Shown here one piece after another: positions 1 through 13,900 of a stretch of DNA of 64,000 bases (the stretch's first letter is position 1; each line of letters opens with the position of its first letter). A program made the position numbers and the translations under genes. This stretch comes from Setoptus koraiensis (taxonomy: Eukaryota > Animalia > Arthropoda): assembly GCA_048013815.1 (NCBI GenBank), contig CM106585.1:2294001-2358000 (forward strand), given 5' to 3'. The notes beneath the pieces were generated by a model. The model saw nothing but the letters and a program-made list of their open reading frames with translations, was not told the DNA's origin and did no database searches.

Positions 1-3000
1 GCTACCTGCGTCTCTGGCTACTTATTTGTCTCTGGCCCGTTGTTGTCTTGTTGGCCAACTAGCAAACAAAACAACAACAAACAAAACTACGCTCCTCTCT
101 GTTGTGTGGTAGCCGTGCAAATTAGTCTCCTCTATTGGCCTATTAAGCGTCTACTACTGGCTTGTTATGACATTTGCTTTGCCATGCACAAGGGAATGGG
201 GCCGTCATGACTCATGAGGAGGTGCGTCAGATTTACCCAATGACGGTGTTAGCGGGGCCCCAGCGTCTTAGGCCAACGTTGGCCAACATTGTCTGGGTGG
301 CCACTATTGGCCACTATTGGCCACTATTGGCCTTGTTAGAGTTGCTTGGCTGATGTGTGGGGCCAATGATAGCCAGCTCCTTGGTGGCACAAGGAAAGCG
401 TTGATTGGCCAAGTTGCCTAATCCCATAAATGCGCCCCCTTTCATCCATGGGCGCTTCTACGGACCTGACTCATCAGCACACAATAGCTCCCACTTGTCT
501 CTTCATATATCTATAAATGTGTACGTGCCTCTCTGGCTAGACGGGCGCTCTCCTAAACTAGCTAATCAACTAACTAGCCAGACAGTGTGCCAACTCGTTA
601 ATGATAGAGAAACTGAGAGTATAAGAGGGGCATGAATTATAGTATATAATAGTATAATAATATAATAGATAGTATACACTTTGGCTAGTTGGCTATTTAT
701 TTTTGTATACAAGCCATGTCTGAGCAAAGTTATATATAAAGTTATATAGATACATGCACTGCATTGGTGCGTCGGGCCCCATTCTGTACCTGTATAACCT
801 GTATAAAGCCGGTTTGACCTAATGAGCTTATTACATAACGAGTGCAATGATAATCTCATATAGTTGCCTTGGTACGATGAGCAAACACACATGAGAGGCA
901 ATGCTTCCTGTCTGCCTAAATACTGTGGCTTCTTCATCTTGTTTTTATGTTTTGGGGGTACCGTTTAGTGTTGCTTGTCGTCAGTGTGTTAGATGCATTT
1001 TTGTGCCCTCTATCACAACCTTCTACTAGCCAACCACTAGTTTATTCAACCGATGGTCAGGTGGCGCACATATTTAATAATACACCGCTCTCTCTCTCTA
1101 CTTTAGGCGCCGTCTACTGTAGACGGTCTACAGTCAGCGGTAAAAAAGCGCCAGAGATATTTCACCATTTATGATAGCTGGCTGTACTTTAATCCCTGGG
1201 TTAGCCTAGGTGATCTTGAGCCCGATCTCGTCTGGTCTGTCGTCATCTCATTGCGGCCCATCTAATCTGGCTAAATGCATGTCTTGTGCCTACCATTCCA
1301 TTATACAGCCACACTTCTCCTTCTGTCATTATTGGCCCATTTCTTTCGGAGCTAACGCAAATGATCCATTCTTTCTCTCATGACACAATAATACACCCAT
1401 TCACACCGCTATAACACCATACAAAGATAGGCGAACCCAATCGTAACGGCACGCAAACACTCGAGATAACCGAGCCGAGCCGAGCCAAGCCAAGTCGTCG
1501 CACTCGAATGGATATGAACTTCATCAGTCGATTATGTAAGTATTCAAATTCATCTTTCTCTGTGGTGGCACCAGCGGCAGCAGCAGCAGCTTGGAAGCCT
1601 GCACAAACATTCCGATAAAATATCCTAATCTCTCTGCGCCATCTTTCTTCTGTTTATAAGCCCGTGATGATGGTAGCTGTTATCTCAATGCTAGACAGAC
1701 AGAGAGAGTGCCTCGGTAAGCACATGTGACTGGGCCAACTTGCATTCTTGGCGCCGTTATTTTCCACGAAATTGAGGTGAACAACACAACAAGAGGCGCC
1801 TCTCTCTCGCTCGCTTATATCTCTATGGACAATCTTTGTTAACACTATTAACACCACCGCATTACCAGCACTCATATTGGGCCAAATGTAAAATGGTTAG
1901 CGAGAGCGAGCACACTCACAACCGATCGATATTGTTGAGATCGTTGGCCGACATCCATTCATTAGATCGGCGCTTGCCATTGACGTACAACAACGCTAAC
2001 TCTTGCCCTATTTGCACCGAGTTAGCCAGCCAAACAGCCAGACAAGCGGGCCCCCCCACAAACAGACTGGTAGCCAGTCAAGCAAGCAACCAACTAATAT
2101 AAACAACTCAAACTTGGCCTACGCACCCGACACACGCAAACAAGTTCTCACTCAATCTAATGGCTCTCGATCATGCTCGCCCTCTCCGCTCGAGAGTTAG
2201 TGGGGCCATTTGTGCCAGACACTTGCCCTCTCTCTCTCTCACACTCTCGCTCTCTCTCATCATAATCATGATATTAGTTATATCCGTGCCGATCGTATAA
2301 AGTGATCTGGCACGTCCACTCGCTGGGCTCGTTGGCGGTAATTGCAGTGTCGACAATTTATTTTCTCATATTTTTCCCACACACTCTTAATCGGGCATTA
2401 TGAATGGACATTTGCCGGGCTAAGTTCACCTCCACTGGCACACGATAAGATATGAGATATTAAGATTTGTGTGTGGCGCTCTGAAAATTTCCTGATTGCA
2501 GCGTATCTATATCTGTGTGGTGGTTATAACGTGCGCTTGATGTTATCACAAAATATGACGTAATAAGCGTGATAAGGCTTGATAGAAGCCAGCCAAGGCG
2601 CGTCAAGGTAGTAACCTTCATATCTAATTATAGCATTGCATATGGAGCGGGTGCCAATTATGGCGTCGGCATGCTTCAATTGTCTTATTCTATGTATACA
2701 GACGTTGAATGTATGCATGTAGAGAGTGTTTGTTTGTTTGTCCGCTTGAAGCACCAATTGTCGTCGTATTGCAACCACAAACTGGTACCATTCAGATTGT
2801 TTGCAAGATGAATTTTGAGGTATACAGGTTCGCCTGACAAGCGCCACGGAATTGTGTAAGATAAACAAACATATATGAGCGTAAATAGGCGCATACCTTC
2901 AGGGATCGGCGGCTTGGCAAACAGCAACACCATGATTACGAGCCCGGCTATTCCGTGGCTGTTGTCGTTCAACAACAACAACAGCAACCTGGTGTCTCGC

Positions 3001-3043
3001 CTGCATAACTTGCCGTTATTCCGCTGTTGTTGTGGCCTTATTC

Positions 3044-3120
3044 TGCTGTTGTTGTGCTGTTGTTGTGCTGTTGTTGTGCTGTTGTTGTGCTGTTGTTGTG
3101 CTGTTGTTGTGCTGTTGTTC
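3044..3120. repeat. 11-bp tandem repeat (TGCTGTTGTTG)x7
   Basis: Unit read directly; the last copy ends in C instead of G. Confidence 0.9.
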
Positions 3121-5813
3121 AGTTGGGGACCCACCGTTTAGCTGTTTAGCGAATCCACAAACATGCGAGCCGGCCAAATAGGCGTGCCAAAATTCGTTTC
3201 ATCCTATTTGAGGGGCCCCATAAAACAAAATGGAGGACCTCTCCAAACAACACACTTGCAATATGTTATCATTCAATATGAATAGACGAATACAAGTTAG
3301 TAGTTTAGTTTGACCAAAATGGTGACTACACCAACTCATATAGGTGAATAGCCCCAAGTGAAGAGCCATAAGCGAGTCGCTTTTCACTGACACTTTTCAC
3401 CTGAGTCGGTGTGTTCAATGTTGATCATGTTGCCGGCGTTTGCTATTGCATCAACGGCAATCTTTGATTTTGCTACGCCCACATGGTTTTGTTTGTGTTA
3501 GTGTTGGTGTTGGTGCTGGTGCTGGTGCTGGTGTTGGTGCTGGTGTTGGTGAGTCTGACAGGTGAGTTAATAATAGAATGGTTAACACGATAAATTTAAT
3601 CATGCCACTGTAATGCCACAGTAGCCTAGTTATTATTTATCTTCATACACTCATCTCGTGCTATCAAAATACATCAATCTACTGCAAATATCTTCATACT
3701 GTTAGAACGGAAATTAACCCATATGCCTGATATTTATGAGATTGCGCATGGTGCGAGTATTTTGAATTTTATCAACACACACGAGGCCCAAGTAAAGCAA
3801 TGGTTGAGAGCGCATTATACTGTCGTAAGTCATCAGTGAGAATCATCATGGCATAAATGGGCCATGATGAAACCAACTGGCCGTTCCACAAAAACTTGCT
3901 GTAAGTGTTATGATAAAACACTATTCTGCCGGCAACAAATTAATAATATTCACCTATCGCCAGCAACCATATCGAATCTGTGATGCTGAACGCCGCTGTC
4001 AAAGTAGAGTGCTCCAGTTCAGAACGTGCCCATTAATGTGAGCCGCCTATGGGTAAACGGAAAACAAAAACTTTTGATCTCCCTAATATTGTGTGTGTGT
4101 TGTCAGCGAATGGCCCAACTGCTAGGTCTATTATATAATGTCTATTATATAATATATAAAAAACAACAACAACAACAAAATAGGCCCTCTGCCGAGTTAG
4201 TTATCAGCTGGTCATGTACAGTAGTCGGCACCGATATATTGTGAGGCCCCATCTAGGCGGATAAACTAGAAAGCTGCACGTGTTTGCCTTTGAGCCGCGT
4301 GTCGGGCTGCTCACACAAAATTTGAACTCTCAACAAAGCTCGCTGTTCAGCAAGGCACAAATAGCGATTTTGAAACAAATAATACATCTTGAGCGAGGGC
4401 ACTTTTACAGTGGACCTGTTTGGTTTTATTGGATGACCAGCCACTGTGAGGCCACGCACAACAGCTGGCCGCCCTGCTGATGATATTGGTTGTGGAAAGA
4501 TTGAACTGGCTGCTAGCGCCACACTGCATTGCTATTAAACTGGCCATCTAAATGTCTCAACATATTACTTTTATGCATACACCCAATGACATTCTGGATA
4601 ATCCTGTAAATAAATAAATTTATAACCTCTAAGGACGCTCATCATTTATCAAAATTATTGAAGCTGTTGGGGCAAAAATGCTTTTCGCATTACCTTATCA
4701 GATTATGCGGAAGCCTCGGTAGCAAAGTTTTCAAGGCTTAAGCTTGGTCAACTATAAATGGTGTTGGTGTTGCAAAGGTAGGGCTATTATGTGCGACATT
4801 AGTGCATGCATTGTGATGCATGATGATGAAAAATTCACCTGCCATCAAAATGATGAATATTGTGTGTAGCAAAGAACAAGAATAACAGCGAACCGTTCGC
4901 TCAACCGTTCGTTTGGCAGGCAAACCTTTTGAATAAATATGTTGCATGTAGAGGTGGTTATATCATTATTATTATGGTTGAGCTGGCGCTGGCGCTGGCG
5001 CAACGCGGGCAAGCAAACATTTTTGTGTCCGATGCTAATATGATGATGATTTTTAAAATTGCACGATATTTGGGTGGTTGCTTGTTTGCGGTCGAGAACG
5101 AACTGGCGCCATTGGGGCCCCACTGTATGTTGTACAGTGCACAGTATAAAGTGGATAGTTTGCTGGTGTAGATGGTGTGGGAGTATGGATTCGAGCAAGC
5201 TTGTCAAATGTATCAGTGGAACAGCATCAAGTTTTTTGCTTGTTGATGTGCATTAGTGGGCCGGACAGGTAGTGGCATAATGATGGCGCGCGCTCAAGAT
5301 GGATGATGCGCTAATATTATTTCGTGTGGCTGATTTGTTAATTGAGCGTGATGGTGTTAGTTATATAAGTTGCTGGCCAACATAAACAGTGAACTGTTGC
5401 GTGTTATATGGACTGTAAGTATAGGATCGGATAGGTTATAACTTGTGTGTTCACTAACAAGCTAAATATGGTTGTCACTTACAACGAGCGAGCGTGCATC
5501 GATGAAGAGATTATGATCGCTCTATTGGATCGCCCTATTAGATCGCCCTATTAGATCGCCTAAGTCCGCTTGATGGATCTATGGTCGAATTAACGAGTCA
5601 TGAGTGCACAACAAGCAACTTGTGTGTGTCTTGCATTTTTAATTTCGCTGACGGATTAGTTTTGTGTTTAGAGACACAAGAGCAATGCATTTTTGGGTCA
5701 CTATATGTTAATAACATTGTGACAATTGTTGTTTCAGTTAGATTGTTGCACCAATAGCATCATTTGATCTAATTTGCATAAGTATATTACGCTCGGCTAC
5801 AATGATACCATAC

Positions 5814-5975
5814 TAATAATAATGATGATAATAACAATAATAATAATAACGATAATGGTGATAATAATAGCAATAACAGTAATAGTAATAGTTATAATAA
5901 TCACATCAGCAGCACGCTAGCTAGCGGCTAGTGGCTAGTGGCCAGTGGCTAGTGGCTAGTGGCTAGTGGCCAGTA
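5814..5975. repeat. Degenerate (AAT)n microsatellite followed by 7-bp CTAGTGG/CCAGTGG tandem units
   Basis: Read directly: AAT-type repeat about 5814-5901, heptamer repeats about 5928-5975. Confidence 0.85.
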
Positions 5976-8900
5976 GAGTGAAGCAGCCAGTGGATGAAAG
6001 TAGAGTAGTGGCCCAAATAATAGTGATTGGCCCCTTGCTATTAGATCTCTCTCTACGGATGCTGTGTCTGCTAATGGTTGCTACGCTCCGACAGTCAGCC
6101 AGCAAATTAGTTATAACGGGTATCACCATACAAGGTACACCTAATATAGTGATACCTCGGGCACCACTAATGTGCCATTGTGCCACAATCATTGTACTAC
6201 AATCATTGTACGTGACACATGATTTGATAACTCACTGTATGCACTGGCTCAACTTGCCAATGTTCACAGGCTCGCCATAAACGCACCTAAAACAGGATGG
6301 GGCCAACACGTTTTTGTATCACTACTAATGTTCAACACAGTTCAACATTGCATAGTTGGGCTACATCTTATGTCGACCTACTTACATTGCAATGAACAAT
6401 GTTTCATTTGATATTTTAATTAACTTTTCAATTTGTTGAAACAGGTTCAATCGTTGATAAGTTATATTTGTCATCGGCTCGCCAACAGTTATGCTGCAGT
6501 TATGCGAAAGTATGTTTAGCCAGCCCGAATACCGGTAAATGGAGCTCACTCCCAAATCGCATGTATCCACTGGCTTAATTAATAGGTCACACTAAACACA
6601 CTGAACTATTGGCCAGCTGATTGGTCGATTTTGAGACGGCTCTCGATTGCATATTGTTGATGTTTTGATATTTTGATATTGGGCAACGAGACTCGATGAA
6701 ATCGAAGGCGAACACTTTATTTCATATTATTGCCTACTCACAGTCACTTGTTAGGCACTCACTTATGATATGAGTCTTACATTGAGCGTACGATGAGGCC
6801 CCAAACTGAACGAGAACGAGAATATACAATGTTTGCTATTATAGAGCCATGTTACTGACATGATGTAAGTGTAACCACAATGTTGGAAGCAACAGAGTAG
6901 CTATCAATCGCTCGCTTGTTGTGCCATCTGATTGCCGATAGATTCGTATATGATTCGTGGCTTGTCCACTTGACAGTCTCAACTTGAGACTGTCAATCGT
7001 GTGAGAGTGTGTGCGGCTATGACAAAACTGACAAAGCAGCCAGTTGCGAGTGCAACGAATAATTTTATTTTTCTAATGTGTGTATAGTGACGCAACTAAC
7101 CTAAATACTGCGCCTAGTATGCAATGCCGTGTCTATTGGCTGGCTGTTGAACCTGGTTGCACTGGTGCAATTGGGTCGCGTTTCACTGGCACCATTGTTG
7201 TCGTCGTCATGCTCATGCTCGTCATATCAATCCCAGTCTCAATTTGAATTTGTGCAACCGCCATTTTAAATGTGCAACCACACTCACTCGACCGCTGCTC
7301 ACTACTAACCAGATAAGCGCCCCCTGGTTCCTTGGCCATCTTTGGCCCCGTGGAACTCGTGCCAGGCGACAGCAGCGCCAACAGCGACCAGCCGACAGAC
7401 GAGAGCGGATATAGAGGCACACATGGCTGGCTGAAATGGGCCCAAAATCATCTTGAAAGCGTTACATCATGTGACTTAAATGTCTGTCGCATCGATGAGA
7501 TTGAGAGTTGAGAGTAAATGCTGGTCGACTGTGCGAGACTGTTCTGCATGTGTAAGCAACTCACAAAAGACACAGCCATAGCAAAGGAGTGATCAACGAT
7601 GCGACGCTGCGCATTATTGTCACCGGGCCCCACCGATGCCAGCCAACCGATGAGGCTCACAATCACACACTGCGCCAGTGAAATGAATGAAAGCAACAAT
7701 CAATTGAGAGACGGGCCCCATAAGAGCGCCCATTGAGTAGTGCTATTCATTTAGATGCAAATTCAACATGATTCATCCATGATTGACACACGCGAATTAT
7801 TTAAGCTTCAGCCAATTGTTACTAGACGCCAGCTAGTCGCTACGAGCATCGCTCCATCAATTTGATGAGATGCGCGCTTGCGCTTGCGAGAAGGGGCCCA
7901 TTTTCAAATGGACACTTCACAGGCGATGGATATTGCGGCACCAACTGGCTGTAGCTAGAGTAAAATTGCAACTTGTTCAATATAGAGTCTTTATACGCCA
8001 ACAGCTGTAACATACGACGGTGTGCCAAACAGTATCTGTCCGACAATTTTCACCTTAGCCAATCGCTGTCTGTGCACGATCACCAGAGACACCAAACGAT
8101 GCAGCCAGTGCAACGATTAAACACACATTTGAAATATCAGCCTGGTCCCTGTTGGCAGCCGGCTCAAATTGAAACTGAGGCCCCGCCATGCCGATGCTGG
8201 GCTTAACTGGAAAGTTCAAACGCTCTATAATAGAGAGCATGCACTGTGCACACACGCACACAGTTGATGTGATGCATCAAATTTGCATATCATCAACGTA
8301 ACATGATCAAAGGATCAGACACAATCAACTACGAGCAACACATCCGGCAAATAATAAAAATCCCTCGGAGTTGTCACAGAACGTGCCTTACAGTTTCAAT
8401 GGTGTCTCACGGTGTCATCGGGAATAAAAGAAAGCCACGCGCACAGTGCGTATGTACGTACGTGTTGTAGTCGTCCTATCTCACCGCATGCTCGTTCGTT
8501 GTGCAAATCAAACCGAACAACTAATAGTTTCGCTGACTGACACACGCACTCTAGCAAGCTCGAAAAAAGAGCCAGAGAGAGAGAGAGAGAGCGAGCGACT
8601 GGGCCAGAGGAAGCCCCCAAAAGGATTCCTCCAAGTGGGTCTGTCATAAAGCCAACCAACTACTAACTAGACTAAATCTCCTTTTGGCCAGAGCTTTTTG
8701 GTGCGTAGACACAGTAGATTCTCAGAAGTAAAAAGGAAAAGGAGAGAGAGAGAGAGGCAAGAAAGAGAGTGCAGACAAATCTGTGTGTGCGTGAAAACAA
8801 ATGTATAGTTTGGATTTTATAACGCTCCTCAGTGTGCCCACAGGAGGATGTGCGCAGGTGCCGCATTAGAATGGGTCGCGTTGGGCCCCAAAACTCTGCT

Positions 8901-10987
8901 AGCCTCAGTGAGTTGATTTAACGTGACGCTGCTCAGTTCGGGAGCACAAATCGACAGGCTGCACGTGTACATGTTAGATGTAAAACAATCAAAGTCTAAA
9001 TTTCCGTTGGCTGCATGCAAATCTAAATCAAGTGCAAACGGCGAACGGAAGAATATAAATACTACAGTTAGTGAAGATAGAACAGAAAAAAGAGTTGTAA
9101 TATCAACTATACAAAGAGACATTTCACATTTAAAATGAGAAAATTGCTTGCTTGCTCAGAAAGTACCATCTTTTGTAAACTATAGTCTCCGTTGCAGATC
9201 ATTGTTGGCAAGATCGTCAAGTCTAAATCGTCAAGTCTAAATAATGAGTCTAGTTTGAAACAATATTGACATACAACTAACAGTGCTATCTATGAATCAG
9301 TTTCATGCTGTCGACATTTCCACAATAGCGGTGAAATAGATCTACTCGCAGAGGCTGCCATCGTCGTCAATCAATTCAATAGAAAGAATAGATTTCGCGC
9401 ATTTAATTTCTCTTCATTCAAACTGTGAATTCACTTACAATCAAAACGTCAGACATCATTTCAAACTACTGCACATCGACTTAGTGAAAGGCATCAAGAG
9501 CTTGCATGGAAATGTGTTGTTTAGTTAGGCATCGATTCAACAAAAATTACCTCAGTTAGCATCTATGAGTTTTTGTCTATTTCAATAAGCTGTCAAATAT
9601 ATACTATGACACCAAGAAATACACCTCAACCTACCACAACCAGATTATCGAACACTGTTCATTCTTTTGAAAAAATCTAGTGAGATTATTTCATCTAATA
9701 TTTTGCAAGTGGTTTATATTCACTGAATTATTAATCACTAGAACTCTTTTAATTGCTACGACACAATCAAGGGGGATCGGTTCGATTGACGCTCAATTCA
9801 AACTGATTTGCTATATACACTTGATCATCGATCTGAACGCTTTCATTAACATTGTTTCATGACATGAGCAGTAGATTTGCCTCAATATATCACTCGCAAA
9901 AAACAACAAATTATTCCGACATATTCTGTGATGCTTGTACCTTTTGTCTTTATCCAATTACTTTATAATATGAATAGAAATCCTTCACCTTAGTTTCTTA
10001 ATCAAGACTCAATCGATATTGATTCTCTCTTAAGACTATTTACGGCTTATAGAGAAATCTAAGACCATTCAACGACGACGAAACGTCAGTGTAATATCAT
10101 CTATCTTCGACCGATAAAAAACCTTCAATAATTTATTTATTCAATTGAAGTGAAACCAAGTTTGCTTCGCAAGTTTGGTCTTTGAATATCGTTAGCGTAA
10201 ACAGTCGCTGTCTCATCACACAACAAACTGAATGGACAAGTTATTCCGCTATAAATAAAATCAACTACATTTAGTGTATTGAGTCAACGTGAAATAACTA
10301 TCATCATCGATTAGAATAGCATTCGAAGGCAAACTACTCGACATCACTATGTTCAATAGTTTACAGTAAGAATTTGTCAGATCATCTTCTCGAGCAATCA
10401 ACACCTTCGAGAGACATATAAGTTAACTTTATGAAGTCACCGTACTGACACTCAAACTATTATAGTCATATTGCGCAAATACCTTCGCATATAGCTGTCG
10501 ACTTGTGAGCTGGGAAATCGCAATGATAGCAGCAGATTTTCACCTCTGGAATCAAGCAAGATCAATAATTTTTTGTTACATATTGAATGATTGATAATTT
10601 ATTGATGCACCCATTCGTAATGAACCACTTCAATACTGCTTTATCAAAGAAATTTACTGAACTCTCTGCAAAATGACTATCCATTGTAAGTCAACTATTA
10701 AAGATATAGAAAGAATTGGTGAAATATAAATAGATACTCAAGATTAACTGCTATTATAAGGCCTTCCTGCAGAGTTGAAAGCAATATGTTGGCACAGTTG
10801 AAAAAAAATTCTACATTATTGGCCAAAATAGGTTTCGTACTCGCGCTTACTTTCTTGTATCACAATATTATGCTACTGCATGTTGATAAGGTAAGGATAT
10901 CATTATATTTTTAGGAAATGGATAAAGTCGATCAATAAATCAACGTTCAATAACAACTTGTTCGTCCCAAACGTTTCTGATTCGTAG

Positions 10988-13900
10988 AAACTCCATGATA
11001 GCTTACAAGAGTTCAAGCTGGAATCTAACAAAATTGCGGGAAGAACAACGATCAACGAGAAGTCCACATTTCCCGTATGGAACAATAGGAGCAAAAGGCA
11101 GACAGAATCTAGAAATGACGATGACCGTTTCATTTCAGACGACATGATAGATGGTGGATCAGCGTCCGCCGCAAGCCAATGCATGTGCCCTCCAGGTATG
11201 TACTATGAATTAATTCAGTGAAACTTCAATATACCTGTCCTCGAGTTAAAAGAATGAACACAATAACTTCAAAATGTTTGCCAAACAAATTCAAATGAAT
11301 GTTTTATTCTTGTTACGGTAAAAATTAGGTCCGCCTGGACCCCCAGGCCCACCAGGACACCGAGGCCCTAGAGGTCTTCAGGTAAGTTTCGAATGCAAAG
11401 TTTAATCTTTTATCAACGCGAGATCTCTCGTTACCTACATGCTGATTATTTACAAAATGGATCATTGCAAATCACAAAAAAAACTATCAGGGTGTAAAGG
11501 GAGCTAGAGGTGGCCCGGTGGAAATTCATTATCCGTCTCCAACAACAGGAAAAGTAAGTTATGCACGCTATCACTTCAAAAGCAACTGGCATAAAACAAC
11601 AAGAAGTTTACTAATAATAATTATTCGATTTACCAACATTTTTCTTGTAGACTATCCATACCAGATCTGTGACAACAAGATTGCAAGGTGACCTTGGAAA
11701 TGCCGAGATCATAGCCATAAAAGTGAGTACCGCTTCTATATTTAATGACGTTTTAATACTGTGATCTGTTTTAAACTTCAACCTATGCTAGTCATCCACT
11801 AAAACGATGTCTCACTTCACTCGAATGTTAATTTGATTAAATGTCTTCTCTCGTCGTAATCAACTTTCTGTTCCCGTAAACCGCCGAAATACTCTCTTCT
11901 ACTATAATGGATTCTCATCCAAATATGAATATCAATGCAATCTACCAAGGCTCTGGCTAATGTTGGAGCTACACTGTCTCCTGGTGATGTGCTACTCCTC
12001 AAAGTAAGAGCATAGGACTTTGCTTGGATCTTTTTTCTATGCAAAAAACAGCCAATATACTAATTGCATATTCAATCTGTCTTTTTGATCCAGGGAGAAC
12101 CGGGCCTTAGAGGAGAAAGAGGGGAACCAGGCCAACCAGGCGCTCCTGGACCAATTGGTCCACCTGGTAAGGACGGTATACCTGGAGCGAAGGGAGATAA
12201 GGGAGATAGAGGTCTCACTACGTCTATCGATGGAAATCCATTTCCCACAGGATTTGTTGAAGGACCAGCAGTAAGTAAAAATACAGAGCTACACTATTTC
12301 GAAATTGATACAAACATAGAAGTTCACTCATTGAGTAATAATTTTTGTTTTGATTTCACAGGGACCTCCAGGTAAATCATTCGTCATGAAACGTAGCCTT
12401 TCAATTTTTTTCATCAGAATTTGAAGCTCAATTTGTTTTTTTTTTCAACACTGATACTTTTAGGACCCCCGGGTCTGCCAGGACCTCAAGGAAGAAAGGT
12501 AAGGTTCTAAGTTCGATTCTAAGTAGTAAACACATTTTTGTAAAACAAAATATATTTTTTCATCTTTGTTTATCGTTCAATTATGCTTGTGTTCATAATT
12601 TAACATAATTTTAGTCAAGTTTACTCTACGTAACCTAGCAGTTACTATCTGATCACAATGTATGCTATCCTACTAATTGAGGTTGTCTACTTATAAATCC
12701 CTTCATAAAACAAAATTCGGTTCTCTTATTTATAGGGCGATCTCGGTGAAAGAGGTCCTCCAGGTGAAAAGGGTGACAAAGGAGACAGGGGTGATAGGGG
12801 GAAACGCGGCAAAAGGGTAATGTACCGTCAGTTTTAAGTCTCACAGATGTCTCAAGCTCAGTCCGACCTACTTTAGATTTCTATCACTGCCACTGGAATA
12901 GATGAGCGTAGGACTCATGCTCTCAGATGAATCGATTCAGCAATGGGCAAAAACTGCACATCAATATAAGTTATAAGTTGTGATTTGTAAGTTATCTGTG
13001 ACCTCCCCAACCTAGTCTTTCTAACATATTGACATCCAGCCCTTACTATCGCTTTCATGTTGTTTAACTCGATCATGATTGTCTTCACTTTATCTCAGGA
13101 TTAATCTGGACCCGCAAGGATTGTAAGTATGAATGAACTCACGCCAATCAACATTTGGATGCGCAATAGAAGATTGATTAGAGGATATTGAGTTTGTGAA
13201 TACAGGGCAAACCTAGAGAAAAAAGAGAATCTGGCATTCGGAGAGAAAGAGGCCCAATGGGTCCAATGGGACCACCAGGCTAGATAGGGCCTCCAGGTGG
13301 ACCCTGATTGAGAGGCCCCAAAGGTGATATCGGACTGCCAGGAACAATTGCCGGATTCAGAATAAAATTGTGATGTCAAGAAAGTAGTTATATCCTGGAA
13401 TTTGTTTCATTCAGCGTAGCCTATACCTGTTCCTTATGATTTTGTTTTTATTAGGGAGCTGAATCTTCGGCTCCTATCATGTTGGCACCATAAGCCGAAA
13501 CAATCAGATGATATTCAATCTGATCAGCCAACTCCTGCACCGAATGGTTATTGTCCTAGTCCGCCAGGCCCGCTTGGATCACCGAGTTAATCTATTGCTG
13601 GACCTCCAGGTCAGAACGGAGATAAAGGCGACATAGGACAGAGAGGATTTTCTTCACAGGTATGTCGGTCTATATATTCTCAACAGAGCAGATTGCAAAA
13701 TTTACCTACGAAATAATACTAATGAAGATTCTATTTTCTAACAAAATGTCATTCGCTTGCTAAACTAGATTAAAATAACTAATCACAAGAAACTCAGGGA
13801 TTAATAATGATAAGCGAAGCGAAAGAGGGGTGGAGAAGAAATGTTGATGAAAGCTAACCGACGATTCATGAGATCAATTCAATCTCAGATCGAACCGAGT

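Noticed and set aside
405-9138. Many 60-150-aa ORFs in the first 9 kb
   Set aside because: They derive from low-complexity or microsatellite sequence and show no recognisable domain or consistent splice structure.
13206-13659. A-to-I RNA editing (AGA/AGT to GGA/GGT, TAG to TGG) as a way to rescue the broken collagen exons
   Set aside because: TGA at a Gly position, a TAA, apparent C-to-T changes in Pro codons and a frameshift cannot be repaired by A-to-I editing. The GG-to-AG pattern is also biased because Gly codons always start with GG. Decay is the simpler explanation.
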